A DNA stretch of 64,000 bases from Setoptus koraiensis. Taxonomy: Eukaryota; Animalia; Arthropoda. The stretch is taken from assembly GCA_048013815.1 (NCBI GenBank), contig CM106585.1, positions 10,416,001-10,480,000 of the forward strand, in the 5' to 3' direction. The notes under the pieces were generated by a model that saw only the letters and a list, made by a program, of their open reading frames with translations, made no database searches and was not told the origin of the DNA. Positions 23,001 to 37,000 of this stretch are shown piece by piece (position 1 is the first letter of the stretch; each line of letters opens with the position of its first letter). Both the position numbers and the translations under genes were made by a program.

Positions 23001-26000
23001 TGGCCACGGCAGAAATTACGACCGACGCACACTGTTTAAATGCTTTCCAATGAACAAAGCAACGTCGCAAACAAAGCTCCATGAAACGCTAGCCAGAAAC
23101 AAAACGAATTGCTGAAAAACAAACAAGCTCAGGTGAGCTCGCTCAATCAATCCATCAGCTGACCGAGCAACATGATTAGCGTGATTAAACGCGTGTAATC
23201 ATGACCCAATTGCACGTGCCGCCCCAACAAAACTGCACACTGGCCAACGCTGGCCCAATGCTGGCCAATAATGTAATTATGTAATGCGTGCTTTACATAA
23301 AATACATGAATGCATACATGCAAGCACGTCATGATGTTGTGTTTGTGTATGTTCATGCATAAATACATTGGCAAATATATGAATAAGCACGAAGAGGGCA
23401 AATCACAAATGACGGTTGCTGCAAAATGATGATTATTGCTCGTGATTGAGCACGCGTTACGCACGATAACATGCAGGCGCACACACGCGCTGAAACAGGA
23501 GCCCCACAGTTGGTATTGGCAAGAAAATATGCAAATAATGAGCAAGCCCATCAAACATGTAACATTAGTGGCCAGTTGGGGGCGGACAACAGTAAATAAT
23601 TTTTGCGAGCAGCAAAAAGTGATCATGATTGATGAGCTACCTGATATTCACCCGTGAATATCAGCATTATGTTGTTCGTAACATTGCAAGTTGCTGCCAC
23701 TGCCACTGCCACTGCCACTGCTGCTGCTGCTGCTGCAATATAGGCGCTAATTACGGTCAATCATTTAATTAGCGCGCACACTCCCACGCACACAATGTGC
23801 CAGACACAATCTGACAGATTGAATCTGACAAATTGAATCTGACAAATTGAATCTGACAGAGCGACCTATAGAGCGGCCCACACTACACAAAGCAGCGGGA
23901 TACTGTACGCCAATACTACTGGCCACTAGTCACAATGTTGGCGCTGCAGTCGGTATGCAAATGAGCTTGATATAGGCTCGAGACAATTACTCATAACGAG
24001 CACTGATTAATCGCTCGCCTATAATTAGGCACGCAATGTATTGCTATTTGTATATTATTTGTATCCATATTCGCTCTTATTATTACAGGGCCATTATAGA
24101 GTCGCGCAGTGCACGCTTGATTGGCCCTCCGCACAGGTGACTCATATCGACAATTATGTAATTTGGACGATGCTGTCCATGTTACATTGCTGCCACTATT
24201 ATGCGGCAATAAAACGCTCACAATTGTCAATATATCTGGCGACATATCGGGCGACATATCGGGCGACATATCGGCGATATATCGGGCAACAGCGGGCAGC
24301 GTTTCGAGCCGGCCAAGGTCGAGCTTGCGACCGATGCGGCCGGCAAAATATTAAAAAAATATTATAAATGTCAACATGCCATTTGTGTTGCATCTGACAC
24401 AAACAATACAAATTGGGCAACATCTTATGTCTGCTATCCTTTGTTTGCATTTTGGGCATCGATATCGGGATATTTGTCAAGCTGCTGGAATATGATGCAA
24501 TTGTAGCGACATTCATCAGACGATGAGCACTGGCGACCGCAATTGATTGGTGCTCATGATTTGTGGTTAGTGGTTTAATTTGAGCCAACTTGCTGGCTAA
24601 TTTTTTATCTTGTGTCTGGCAGCTCAGTGTTGCCCATTACTCACATAGTGAATGTATACATATACATCTATCACTATATATAGCAATGTAGCCAAATGTA
24701 TAGCAATATCGCCGCCAAATGTATAGTAATGCTGGCTGTATTATGTGATACAGCCGGTGTAATTATATAACTTAATATATTATGTAATGTGATTGGCGCT
24801 CGCATGCATTGTTGTGCTGGCAAAAGAAAAGAATGCGCTGCTGGCAAGATTGTTGCAAATGGCAAGCGTGCTCAAAACAGGCAACTGTGTTGTCTATCTG
24901 ATATAAACTAAATAGTTTAGATGCAGCAAACGATAGACAAACGAGAATTGCGCTCATAACAAGACGAGAAGAAGGTTACGTCATCGTCGTGGTCGTGTCA
25001 CACACACACACACACAATCTTATGTGTAACTTACATAATGCAGCTTACATAATGTAAGTTACATAAGAGCTAGGCCATTACGTAATGTTATTTTAATATT
25101 ATCTTGATATCGTTGTGTCTGCTGCTGCTGCTGCTGTAGTGCAATTGCAGCAGACCGTGTGTCTTGGCACAACACGGTCGGTTGTTGTAGCTGTTGTTGT
25201 TGTTGTCGTTGCTGTTGCTGCTGTTGTTGCTAGCGAGCAAACTAGCTCGGCTCGACAAGCAAATGCAACATTGCTATTGGAGCGCCAGTGGTCATAGTGG
25301 AGTAACAAACACAATTCAGCGGCAGCAACAACAGCAACAACAACAACAGCAACAACAACAGCAACAACAACAACAGCAACTAGGTGCATCCGCATTGATG
25401 CGCATTGCAATCAATTGTGCGAGTGTTTAGTATTACGCAACACACATAAAATCACAACAATTGATGATGATTTATAGGCACAAATGAGACAACGCAGCCC
25501 AGGGCCGACGCTGATGAACAGGCGACTTGGGATACGAATCTGCGGTTACGTAATATCGAGCATAGCATGACATGTGTGCTGTACATGCCATTATGTAATT
25601 GTCGTCGTCGTTGCTGTTGTTGTTGTTGCTGTTGTTGTTGCTGTTGTTGTTGTGCTAAATTGTTTCTTAGTCGCATTCGTCTTGTTACATTTAAATCAAG
25701 ATCAAATGGCCGATGCTCATCAACATAAAGCCACTTGTTTGTGTATATATAGTGCATGTGTAGTGTATGTGTATGGCAGTGCAAATATATAGGACACGGC
25801 ACGCCAATAAGCACAAAAGCAAGCGGCCAGAAACAAGTGGCAAGTTGCAATTAAGCCGCTACCACTTGCCGCATCACTTGTAAAATGGCCCGAGCGTCTC
25901 TTACGTAACTAACAAAATGCAACAATGCCACTCAATGGCAACTTGCAAATTATTATTGCGACTTGCCATTGCCTAACTGACATACCGGCCATACGCTGGC

Positions 26001-27960
26001 CTGGGCTAGTTGCCCCCAGCCGCACATGGCGCCATCTGACGAGCGCTGGGCGCCGCGCCTGGCCGGGCCGGGCATCAAAAGATAATTTGCATTTTGATCG
26101 GCCACGACCGGCGCTAATGCGCTGTGATTGCAAAGAATTCCCTCTCTCTCTCTCTCTCTATATATCTCTGCATGTCTCTTCGCTCAACTTCTTGACTGTG
26201 CGCTCGAGAGCTCAACAGCAACAACAACAGCAACAACAACAGCAACAACAGCAACAACAACAACAACAGAGACAACAACAGCGACAACAACTTAAAAAGT
26301 TAATAGTTACTAACGAAAGAACGCTCTTGCCCAATCTTGGCAGCGCCGAACAAAAATCAGAAATCAGAAATCAAGAAGCGAGAATTGGCATGGCGAAGAA
26401 TGGCAAACACAAGAGAGCGAGACTGGGAATAATCACCGATATTAGCAGTTTATCTTTATGTAACACACACACATAAATATATAGTTGTCGGGTGGATAAT
26501 TTTCATCGCTTGAGCTAAAAGAATGACCCTTATTATTTTTGAATTATCTAAGAATTTATAATGAAAAAATTATGATTGATAATTTAGATTTTTGCATCAA
26601 GAGCAGCGGCTTATCTGAAATAATGTGTGGCGATAATATGGTTGCCATTGTGTTGTGTCGAGCCGAAGACAAGCTTCGAAAATTGGAAATATCTGCTGCG
26701 CGGCTCGAACAGGTAGTTGTTCTTAATTATAGTCTTGGAGGCGGCGGCGGCAGCGGCAGCAACAACAACCAGAGTCGCACTTATCGGCGAGCCATGGCCG
26801 GTTGCGCAACTTTATGCATAGAAAGAGTTCGGTCAATTAGATTCGACTTGTTGTCTTCTTCGTTCGTTCGCTCGCTCTGACGTAACTTTTATCTAGGGAC
26901 AAAGGCACTGGACGACAGAAACCTGTTCTCGGTGGCCGCGCTTGTGCGCTCATTGCGCCACATTGACCGCCTATAAGCGCTTTGATTGAACTTTGCTGCT
27001 GCTGCTGCTGCTACCAACAACAATGAATGAATGATACAATACATTATGTAATAATATCGTATTAATAAAACTCGTTCGCGTTGTCCGACTGCCCGTCTGT
27101 CCTGTGCGTGTGTGTGTGTGTGCGTGTGTGTGTGTGTGTAGGCAGCCAAACTATTAATCCATGGGCGCCTGAGCTACGCATTTGCTCGCCGGCCAGCCAG
27201 CCGACAGTCTTGCCAGATGAAAATCCAATCTGGCCGGCGGATCGCATAATTACGGCACAACGGCGCTGAAACGGCCCCAACAAAAACAAATCATCGCGTT
27301 ATTATATATTATGCACACACACACACACGAGCGACACAAGTGACAGTCGGAATTGAAATGGGAAAAAATTATTGAGAATTATTGAGAATTATTGAGAAAG
27401 GGAAAAATTATCGCCTTTCAACTCGAGAGTCTCAAGTGCGCAATTTTGTTTGCATTCACGCGTGAATATCACACACAGACACACAGACAATTTGTAGTCA
27501 TGTCTATATGATACTGGCGATATGATACTGGCGATATGATACAGCCATTGGCCGCCTATAACCTGGCTTGGTTAGATGGGCCGGCAGCGAGCATGATTAA
27601 TGCACATTTTGACAGGCTTGTCAGCCGGTGATTGACACTATTAGCCGGCTGATGGCCGGCCGGGCCAATCTAATGCGGGCTCATTAGCAATGGGCGCCGC
27701 TGATGCCGGCGGTGCACGGTTGCGCAATGAGCGGCTGACATTGTGAGAGGGCCGAGCGAGTCAGCGAGACGGATAATAAATGGGGGACACAAATTTTGCG
27801 TTCATTGTCATAACGCTTCTCTAGTTAGTTGCCAATCAAAACTGTGCGGCCCGGTTGATATCGTGATTGCGCAATGATGAAATCTAAACGAACTCTCGGC
27901 CGGCCATGGATACAAGTTTGGCCGCCATTGTTGTGCGCTCTCAATTACAGGTGACTTGTT

Positions 27961-27962
<2 letters not shown>

Positions 27963-28041
<79 letters not shown>
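27963..28041. repeat. Perfect (CA)n microsatellite, about 39 units
   Basis: Longest perfect dinucleotide tract I saw in the window. Confidence 0.95.
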
Positions 28042-28043
<2 letters not shown>

Positions 28044-31000
28044 TTGTGGCGCAATCAATTGTTATTTGTGCCGAGCGGCGCCATCATGCGGCCAGCCAGC
28101 CGGCCAGACGTACACACACGCCTAGATAGATGAGACAAGATGAGATGAGATGAAATGAGACGAGATTAGCGAGATAGACAACCACTTGTTCCTTGTTTGT
28201 GGGCTTGCCAATTGTTCAATCGGCAACAACTAGCTCGAGAGCAATGAGCTCCAAACTAAGGCGGCCCTAGTGTGTTGTTGCGGCGGTTGTTGCAGTTGCG
28301 CAACTGGCGCCGTCGCCGCTGCTGCAGCAGTAATGCGAGGTAATAATGTGAGATCATTCATATCTGGAATTATTTTTATTTTGTTGATTATTACATAACA
28401 ATAACAATAATGAGACGACGACGACGACGAGTCACAAGTGGCAGCCAGTCGGCCGATGCCGGCCAGCCACTCGCCAGAGCTGAGCAGTCGTCATCGGGCG
28501 CAGCTAGTTTGCCCATTCGGCTAACTAGCTAGCTGCCAACTAACACACACACCGACCACTTACCTGTAATCGAGTAAGGCTGCCGATTACGTAATTCAGT
28601 TGGTTGCCGGCTCATATCAACCTGCTCGTTCGTTTCGCACAATTCGTACATTTCGTACATTTGGTATGTTTCGCATGCTTCGTATATTTCGTATATTCGC
28701 AGTGTTTCCTGTGTTGGGCCTGTGTTCTCGTATAGGCTCAGCGACAGCGCCAACAACAATCCTATCATAATGAGAGCGTGAGAGCATAAGCGCCAATTCT
28801 CATAATAATTCTCTCATAATAATAATCACAATAATGATAAAAGGGACGACAGCAACAGTATCATTATGCGTCCATATTTGTGCGCACTCCAATAATCAGT
28901 TTGCATCGGTTTTAATAAGAAGAAACAGAAACAGAAAACATCTCGCCTGCCAACTATTTCCGACGACGAGCCCTTGTTTTAGAGGCAGCGGCCGTCGGCG
29001 GGTTCGACGGCCAGCCGATGGGAACAGTTGGTCGTTTAATTTGTTTCGCACACAATTACGCAACATACGCGGGGCATTGGGCCAAATATTGGCCAAATAG
29101 TGCGCGCCCCTAGCGAGCGGCCAGGTGAACCGGTCAGTGCGGGCCAGTGTCGCAAGCGAGTCAGCCAATGTGCTGGCTAATGTGGCCACATTGCGACGCT
29201 GCGAGCCACGGCCAAGAGAGGGCGATAATTATGGCGACATCGGCCGATAATTATACGAGCGGCCAATGTATCGCCAATTGGCCAACTAGTGTGTGACATA
29301 ATTGCTTTTTGATGTCCACTGCTGGCTGCACGTTCCGTGGCCGGGCCCGTTCAATCGGTGCACCGACTCAATCGGTGCACCGACTGTTTGTTTGTGTGTT
29401 CGCGATTGGCTGGCAGCGGTCAATTTGGCGCTGGCGGCCTCACTCGGTCGGCCGCTGCGACGGGCTTCCTCGGGCTGCGACGGGCTTCTCCGGGCTGCGA
29501 CGGGCTTCTTCGGGCTCGAATGCGCGCCGTTCGAAGGCGCGCCGTTCGGAGAGGCGCCGGGAGCGCGACAAGCGCCGAAGGATTCGAGGCCAACATGACA
29601 ATTATGGATTGGCCATAGTGGCGATTCGCGGCGATATGTATAACAAGTTGTTGTTGAAGGCGCCGAGTAATGCGACATGCCGGAGATAATGACGACGATA
29701 AAAAAATAATAATAATTTGTATTTGTGTGTGTCGTGCATGCCGATGTGCGCCGGTCGCGTATCGTGTGACTGTTGCGGTGTGATTGTACAATGAGAGATT
29801 GTATAATAAGAGATTGTGCAATGAGAGAGATTGTATAATAGCGCGACGGCCGGCCTGCCGGACAATCGATGAGCAATTGGCCGCAAAAAGCCAATCAAAT
29901 GTGCGCGCCAACTCCGCCTATCGTTGGCAGAGATCAAAATGAATAATTACGCAACAATTCTTATCGATTTCTTATCGCATCTATGACATAATCTGGCGCA
30001 ATAAACAACTGGCCGCTCACGAGACACAAACTAACTTGTAAGCTAAACACTTGTGTTTATGTCTCGCATCAATTGATGCTCGTTCCGTCACACACATCAA
30101 GTGGTACGGGCAGTGCAGATATCGCAGATATAACAGATATCGCAGCGACACAAAGCGACATGCACAAACGACCAGACCAAGAAGAATGGCAATGGAATAA
30201 GAATAGAAAATATATAAGAATATAAAATAACGAAGAGCCAGAAATCGTGTAGCAGAAAACCCATGATTAGTGTGCGAACAAGAACAATGGCACCGCAACA
30301 TTGACAGCCATCGATGAGCCCACGAACGAGCCAACGACACGACGAATAAACGACCATTTCGTTCCAATGGCTCGCTAACATAAAAATAGAAAATAAAACT
30401 AAATTCTAATAAACTGGCTTCTTTTTGCTCTCATTCGCGGGCTCATTTCTAACCGTTGCTTGCCGCTTGCGACCAAGAACAATAACGTTCGTCTCTCACA
30501 CTTCTCGTATTCTTGTGCCGCACACACCAGCGGACAAGTCGATATCGATTTGCCCATTGCCGACAATGTTCGCTGACGAAGCTCGCTGACGAAGTTCTCT
30601 GACAAAGTTCTCTGACTATGCTCTCTGACACTGTTGTCGGCAGGCAGATAAACACACACAAGCATATAAATATATAAATATCCTCTCACAATATTTATCG
30701 CAATGTTGCAATCTGTTTGCCGCCGCATTCATCCATAAATATGTTGCGGATAAATACGCTCACACCGACCCAAAACAACAATGCACTGGCCACAGTGCCC
30801 TCTATAGGGCCAACTTATCAAGACAATAATAATTATTATTGCGCAATCATGATGCGACCCATACAATGATGGTCGTGTCGCCCACATATGAGTGCCATGC
30901 AAACATGTAAACATATAAACGGTCAAAGCGCTGCTATAGGTCATGTCCGCCATAACAGGTTGCTGTGTTGTTACATCATGTAACTTACATGACAGCAACA

Positions 31001-34000
31001 ACAATTAACAGTTTACTTGCTGCTTGCCACAACCGCCAGCCGAGTGGCGCCACCTACTTGCGCATGCCGCACTATAAAGTGGTGGATTTTTATTTTCAAA
31101 CCTGCAAAATCTCACAGCAAGCATAATACAAATCAATACAAATCAATTCCGGCGCCATCTTCTGGCGCCACAACGGCAACGAGTCGATGGCAACGAGTCA
31201 ACGGCAACGAGTTAATGGTAATGAGTCAATGGTTTGAGAGCAGCCGATTACAGCCGGTCGGGGCCCAAACAGCAAGTCGCCTGCTTCAATGCCGTCTCCT
31301 CCGGCCGACCAAATCGGAACGACCGGAAACGAGAGCGAAGCCATTGATTGCGACAGTGATTAACGGTAGCTGGCTGGACACAGCGGAGCGGTCGTGTTGG
31401 CGCCGGGCCCGGCCGGCCCGACTGCAGTACTAGTATTAGTATTAGTATAGTTAGTTGCCGGCGAGTATTATTTAGTGAGTTGTTGTCGTCTAATTTTCAA
31501 GCTCATTGAACAAAAGAAAAAAAAAGAATGGCCGTTTGAATTAACGTAGCGACTGGGGGAGTTAGGCGTCAATTTAAAAAACGACAACGACAAGCGGAGA
31601 AAAAACTAAAAAACCATCGTGTCTTGGAACATTAAATTGCGACCCGAACGATATATTGGCTCGGCGCGATCGGGCCGGCGCGATCGGGATCAATATGAGA
31701 TCAATATGTGAGAGCAACAAGGACAATTACGCTTCATGTTGTGACTCGGTCATCATGGTCAGTGGTTTGTTGCGCAATATCCCATGTCTACGTATATGGG
31801 TGTGTGTTTGCGCCGGCGACGTGATGACCATGATCAGCATAATCATGACGATCATGGTCGTCGTCGTCGTCGTCGTCGTGATTACTGCCACTGGCGCTGC
31901 CACCAACACCAACACTAACTCCGATACTGATACTAGCACTAATACGGCCATGCGATAAGCGAGCAGATAGGCTCAACAAACAACAACAGCAGCAACAGCA
32001 ACAACAGCGACATCCAAATAAGCAAAGAAGCAGCGCGAATGTCGCGATGACGCAATTTAAATCAAAAAAGGACAACGACAACAATAAAAACAACTAAGAG
32101 GGGCAGGCAATGAGAGAGGGAATTATCAAACAAAACGTCGCCAGCGGTTGTGTGTGTCGTTGTTGTCGCTGCCGCTGTTGTTGTCGTTGTTGTTGTCGTT
32201 GTTGTTGTTGTGCCCCCTTTGTCCAGCGTGGCTGCTGATAATGCCGCGGCCGCGCTGCTCTAATTCGAATTTGGAAATTTTGTAATTCGAATTGGAAATT
32301 CCACTCTCAAATTCTAAATTCGCCATCATGATGATGATTGTGGCGCAACGAACAACGACGACGACGACGACGACGACCACTGGCCAATGTTGTTGTTCAT
32401 GCATGACGTCAAATGGCATCAAATTAAATGGGAATTGGCTCTCTTTCTCTTTGTGCCAGCCAGATCTGGCTGGCGAATGAGCGCCGGCCAGCGGCGCAAC
32501 AACTCGCCCAACAAGCGAACAAGCGGCCAGTGCCAAGAAAAGAATGGACATGCAAAGAAAGAGAATGCAGCCTTTCGAGTGAAGTTTTTTGAGCGCCGAG
32601 CACACGAATACGATAAAATGGAATGAAATGAAAATGAGAATGGAAATGAAAATGAAAATGAAAAAATTCAAATTATACAAACGCGCCACCAGCAGCAGGC
32701 AGGCGAACTAGCAACGCCACCATCTTACATAATCACTCATGACATGAGAATGACCACTAGCGCTAACTGGTTATACTGGCGCCGTGCACACAATGCCATT
32801 GGCCCATAACGCACCAAGTCGCACGTCGCACAACTCGTGCAACTTGCAACGTAATACCCACAGCCCTCACACTGTGAGGCTCAGCGCGCAGCGGATAACG
32901 GGATTGTGGGGCGGCCCGCGTTGCCCGCTCAAGTGGCCCCTCGGTTGCGACTGGCAGCAAGTGATAAATTGGAGTTGCCAACTTTGCGCGGACTTATCTG
33001 GGCTGCTTTGCATACGCAAGAACAATGTGTCCGGCGGCCGCTGTCGTGCTCGGCGCGATAGCGCCGCAAGACCGCGCCGGCCGAAACAAGACAGCGGGCC
33101 ATTCATTTGGTGGGTCGTTTTTTGAAATAAATTAAAACTAAAAACCCCCTCTAGGGGGCCCGAGTCGGCCGAAAAGTCGCCCCTCTTCTGCAGCCGCCGT
33201 GACAGAGGCCCCGATTCGGGCTGATTGGCCGGCGGCCCGAGCACGAGCGGCTGCATGCAAATTGCGGCCCATGCCCAATATTGCCGCTCCCGATATAGTG
33301 TCTACAATTGTAATTAGCCTGGCCAGCCCGGGCCCATTAGCCGGCCTATAAAATGGCCGGTTCGCCGGCAAAGGGGCCAATAATTAAAGCATATAGGCGA
33401 TGTTGGCCGCCAAGACCGGCCAAGACTGGCCGAGACGCGCATTCGGTGTGTGAGGGTGGGGGGGGAACTTTATTATCATAATGACCGATATAAGCGCGAT
33501 ATAAGGCCGCCACTAACAAGATAAGACTTAAGATTTGTTTGCGCCGGCCAATGGTCACTGGATGTACTTATTTGGCGTGGTGCGCGCTGATTTCTCATGA
33601 TAAAAGGACGGCGGGGCGGCGGAAACACACTGGCCAGTTTCATTAATATTAGCACTGGCGGCCCCAATACGCAGCTTGTTTGTGTGTGTGTGTGCGTTGT
33701 AAAAGATTGACATCGAGAGGAGGAACTGGCCTGTTTATGGCCGGGCCTCAGTCTTGTCATTTATTGCTTCGCTTGCTCGTGCGCGCCAGCGACATGCGAT
33801 ATAGATAATGTCACACTTAAAAAAATCCAACGGCCAAAAAGCGGCCAGCGACGCCGACAAGAGCAAAGATGACGCACAATGGCCCCATGGGATAGCATCA
33901 TCAATTAGGAGCGCGCACTGAGGTCCGAGCGCAGCTCTCTGATCAATCGTCGATTGGCTGATTGGGCCCATATCGGGCCCCCACGCAGTGGGGCCCAGTG

Positions 34001-37000
34001 AAAAATTTCCACTTTCCAGTGGCGCGTTGGCTTCGTTTGGTGTCGCGCCGATTCAATTCGATGCCAGGGCCCAACGCACACACACACACACACACGCACA
34101 CACACACAATACACACAAATTTCGAGCGGCAATGAGAGCGAAACACGGACAATTTCGACACTTTTGAGACTCACTCAAACTGAATCAGCGGTTGATTAGA
34201 GTGCCAGATAAGAGGCCAACTGGAGCCACAGACACTGACCCCTGCGAGTGGCAACTGCTGGCCGTATTTGATTTCTTATTTCTTTTGAGATTTTACTTTT
34301 TTATTTCAGTTTCAGTTTTCTTTTTCTGTCTCTTTTTGTTTGTCAAAACTAGCGGCCCGATGATGATGATAATTTTACCCGGAATGAGACACACACACAC
34401 ACACACACACAGATAGAGAGCCAACTAACGTGCCCAAAGCCAATGGACTAACTAAAGAGGGGGAAGCCAATCAAGCGTTGGAATTGAAACACACGCACAC
34501 ACACATAATCTGGATTTCCATCATTGTGCTATTAAAAGGGCGCCACCTGGTGAGAGGCCCCGCCTAATGAACGATATGTGCTCGCTAAAAAGAGCCTATG
34601 TGTGTGCTTGTGTGTGCTCGTGTGTGTTTACGGGGGACACCGTACCGTCAATGATTGACACTGAGCCTCGCAGCGACGGTGCTCCGGTCCCCCCGAACTT
34701 GTGCTTGTGTGTGTCTCATTGTTACGTAACACCGCTTGACGAAATAACGGAACCGGGTTAGTTAGGTAAACGAGCGTCTAAAACTGCAACTAAACGGGAC
34801 GAGACGGCACGGCACGGGACCCGAATAGCGAATATGCGGCACAGAAATATGGGGCAAAGATGGCGCTAATATCGGAATGAAAATGAAAAAAAAAAAATTT
34901 TTTCTTCTCAAAAAGAGAATATCGCAAGCGCACATTTTAAAGTAACGAGAGATTGCAAAAAGAGATTTCATGCTGATCATGATGAGCAAACTAATCGATG
35001 CCATATCCAGTGCCAGTTATCATTGGGCCCCGTTATTGCGATCGCAGCCAAGCCAAACAAACTCTCTGCCTGCGCAGGCTTGATCGATTGATCAGCGCCA
35101 GCGGGGCCCAGCCAGGCCAGATTAGCGCCGATCCGGATCAGCTGTGGGTGCTTGCGCGGGTCCGTCTGTCTGAATTAGGAGGGAGCGCGCAAAAGAATTA
35201 GAAGGGAGGGCTCTTCATCGATCATGTCAATGTTGTTTAAATAGCGGATAGCCGGATAGTTGCCTTTTATAACTAACGGTATTGTGTGCACAATATATTT
35301 AGAGGGGCCCCAGAAAAGAAGACGAAACTTAATCTAATTTTGTGAGGAAGAAATTTGAAATTTTTCACAAAATCGCCCGCCTCTATCCGCGTGCAATCTA
35401 TTGTTTCTCGCAATGTCCACCGGCCCCAGTTACGGTGTGTGTGTGTGTGTGCGTGTGTACAAAATTTGAATCTTGTATCCTTGGGCGTTCGCAAGAATCG
35501 CCTCTCTCTCTCTCTCTCGCTCTTGTCGTTTCGGTGTGTGCCAATAAAAGGATATCATTGATGGGTGTTTGTTTCTTATATAAATAAGAGACACACACAC
35601 ACACTAACGGCCAGCGGAATTACAGTTATATTTGCGCCAGGGCGAAAAATGCATTGCAAACTGGATGCAATATTATGCCAATTGGGAATTATATTATCAA
35701 AAAGTAAAACAGGGTAAAAAAGGAGCAGGGAGGGGGCGAAAAACAGCGGAGGCCCACGAACGTGATCCGTTATTAGGCACACACACACACACGAATTCGC
35801 TGTTTGCTGAGCCGTTATTTTCGGACCACAATGGCGTCTGGGGGGCCATCGCGCGAGCCTTGGCTGACCTGTGGGCGCTGGCGACTGCAGCCAGGATTTT
35901 GCACTAATTTAAAATTTAATTCTTGCGCTTGTCACTGGCGGGCGGCCGGTCGGTCGGGCACAAACCGTTATCACGAGCCTCCGGTACGGGGCCGGCCAAC
36001 AACAAATTCATTTCGTGCCTAGCATGCCAACTCAATCATCTTGCAACTATATTCACCTAAGTGGGCCCGCCGCTCGCTCGCTCGTCTGCGGACAAGCGAA
36101 GAATCCGCTGCTGGCTGCAGGGGACACCCGCTGCCAGGCCCAGGGCCCTCGCTTCCCCCCGGTCCGGCCAAATGAGGCGTGCTGCTGATGGTGACGTAAC
36201 TGATCAGTTCCAGCGCGTCGTGCCGTGCCGTGCCGTGCAGTGCAATATCTTTTGCCGTGCACCTTGTGTTTGCCATTAGCGTCGGTCACTCGTTATAACG
36301 GAAACGGACGAGGCATAAATTAAAATAGCTGCTGGCCGCCAGTTATACACACAAACAAGTTGGAGAACAGGTGAGCTGCATGGTTAGCTGGTTGGCGGGT
36401 TGCGAGTTGCGAGTTACGAGTTTCTAGTTGCGAGTTGCCGGCCAACAAGATTGCACTTTGGCCCCCGTTGGCCGAATTGCTGGCCAGCGGGCCTGAAAGG
36501 GCGCCACCAAACCTAATTCACCTGTGAGCTAAATTTTGGGCCAGCGTTTTTTTGGTTTTCTTTTTCTGAAAACTTGTGCCCGACGCTCACTTGCATGTCA
36601 AATGAACACAATAGTTTATTGCGCTCGCAATTGCGCCCGCCGACCAGCGACACGTAATTGCGTTTGCTTGCGCGCACCGCTACTGCCGCTGCAAATACGA
36701 TAATACGCTCTAGATTGGCCAGGCCCCATTCATATATAAACTACACACACACACATATAAACTGCGCAAAAAGGGGGCCGGCATGAGCTCATTGAATCAA
36801 TGAGCCAGTTTAGGCCAGTGCATGAGTCATCAATCAATTGTTACGTGAGCCAGGCGAGTGAAAAAAGTTTAAATTGGCCCCAAAACAAGTGGACAATGGG
36901 CGCCCAATAGAGAAGGGCGCTCATTTGCCTGCTTTTCTATTGCCTCTGTCTGGGCAGCCCCATTAAATGGCTAATGTTTCCCCCATGTGTGTTCCCCATG

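Noticed and set aside
26539-26880. 113-aa protein-like ORF in an AT- and GATA-rich island
   Set aside because: It has a TTG start, no recognisable domain and runs into a GGC/AAC repeat. A small exon or promoter cannot be excluded without RNA data.
28349-28358. bantam-like 5' end TGAGATCATT
   Set aside because: The remainder diverges and there is no complementary arm nearby.
28990-29012. GGTTCGA in a stem-loop resembling a tRNA T-arm
   Set aside because: It is an isolated 8-bp hairpin with no acceptor, D or anticodon arms.
36381-36394. 14-nt match to the 3' part of miR-34 (TGGTTAGCTGGTTG)
   Set aside because: The seed (GGCAGTG) is absent and there is no hairpin partner.
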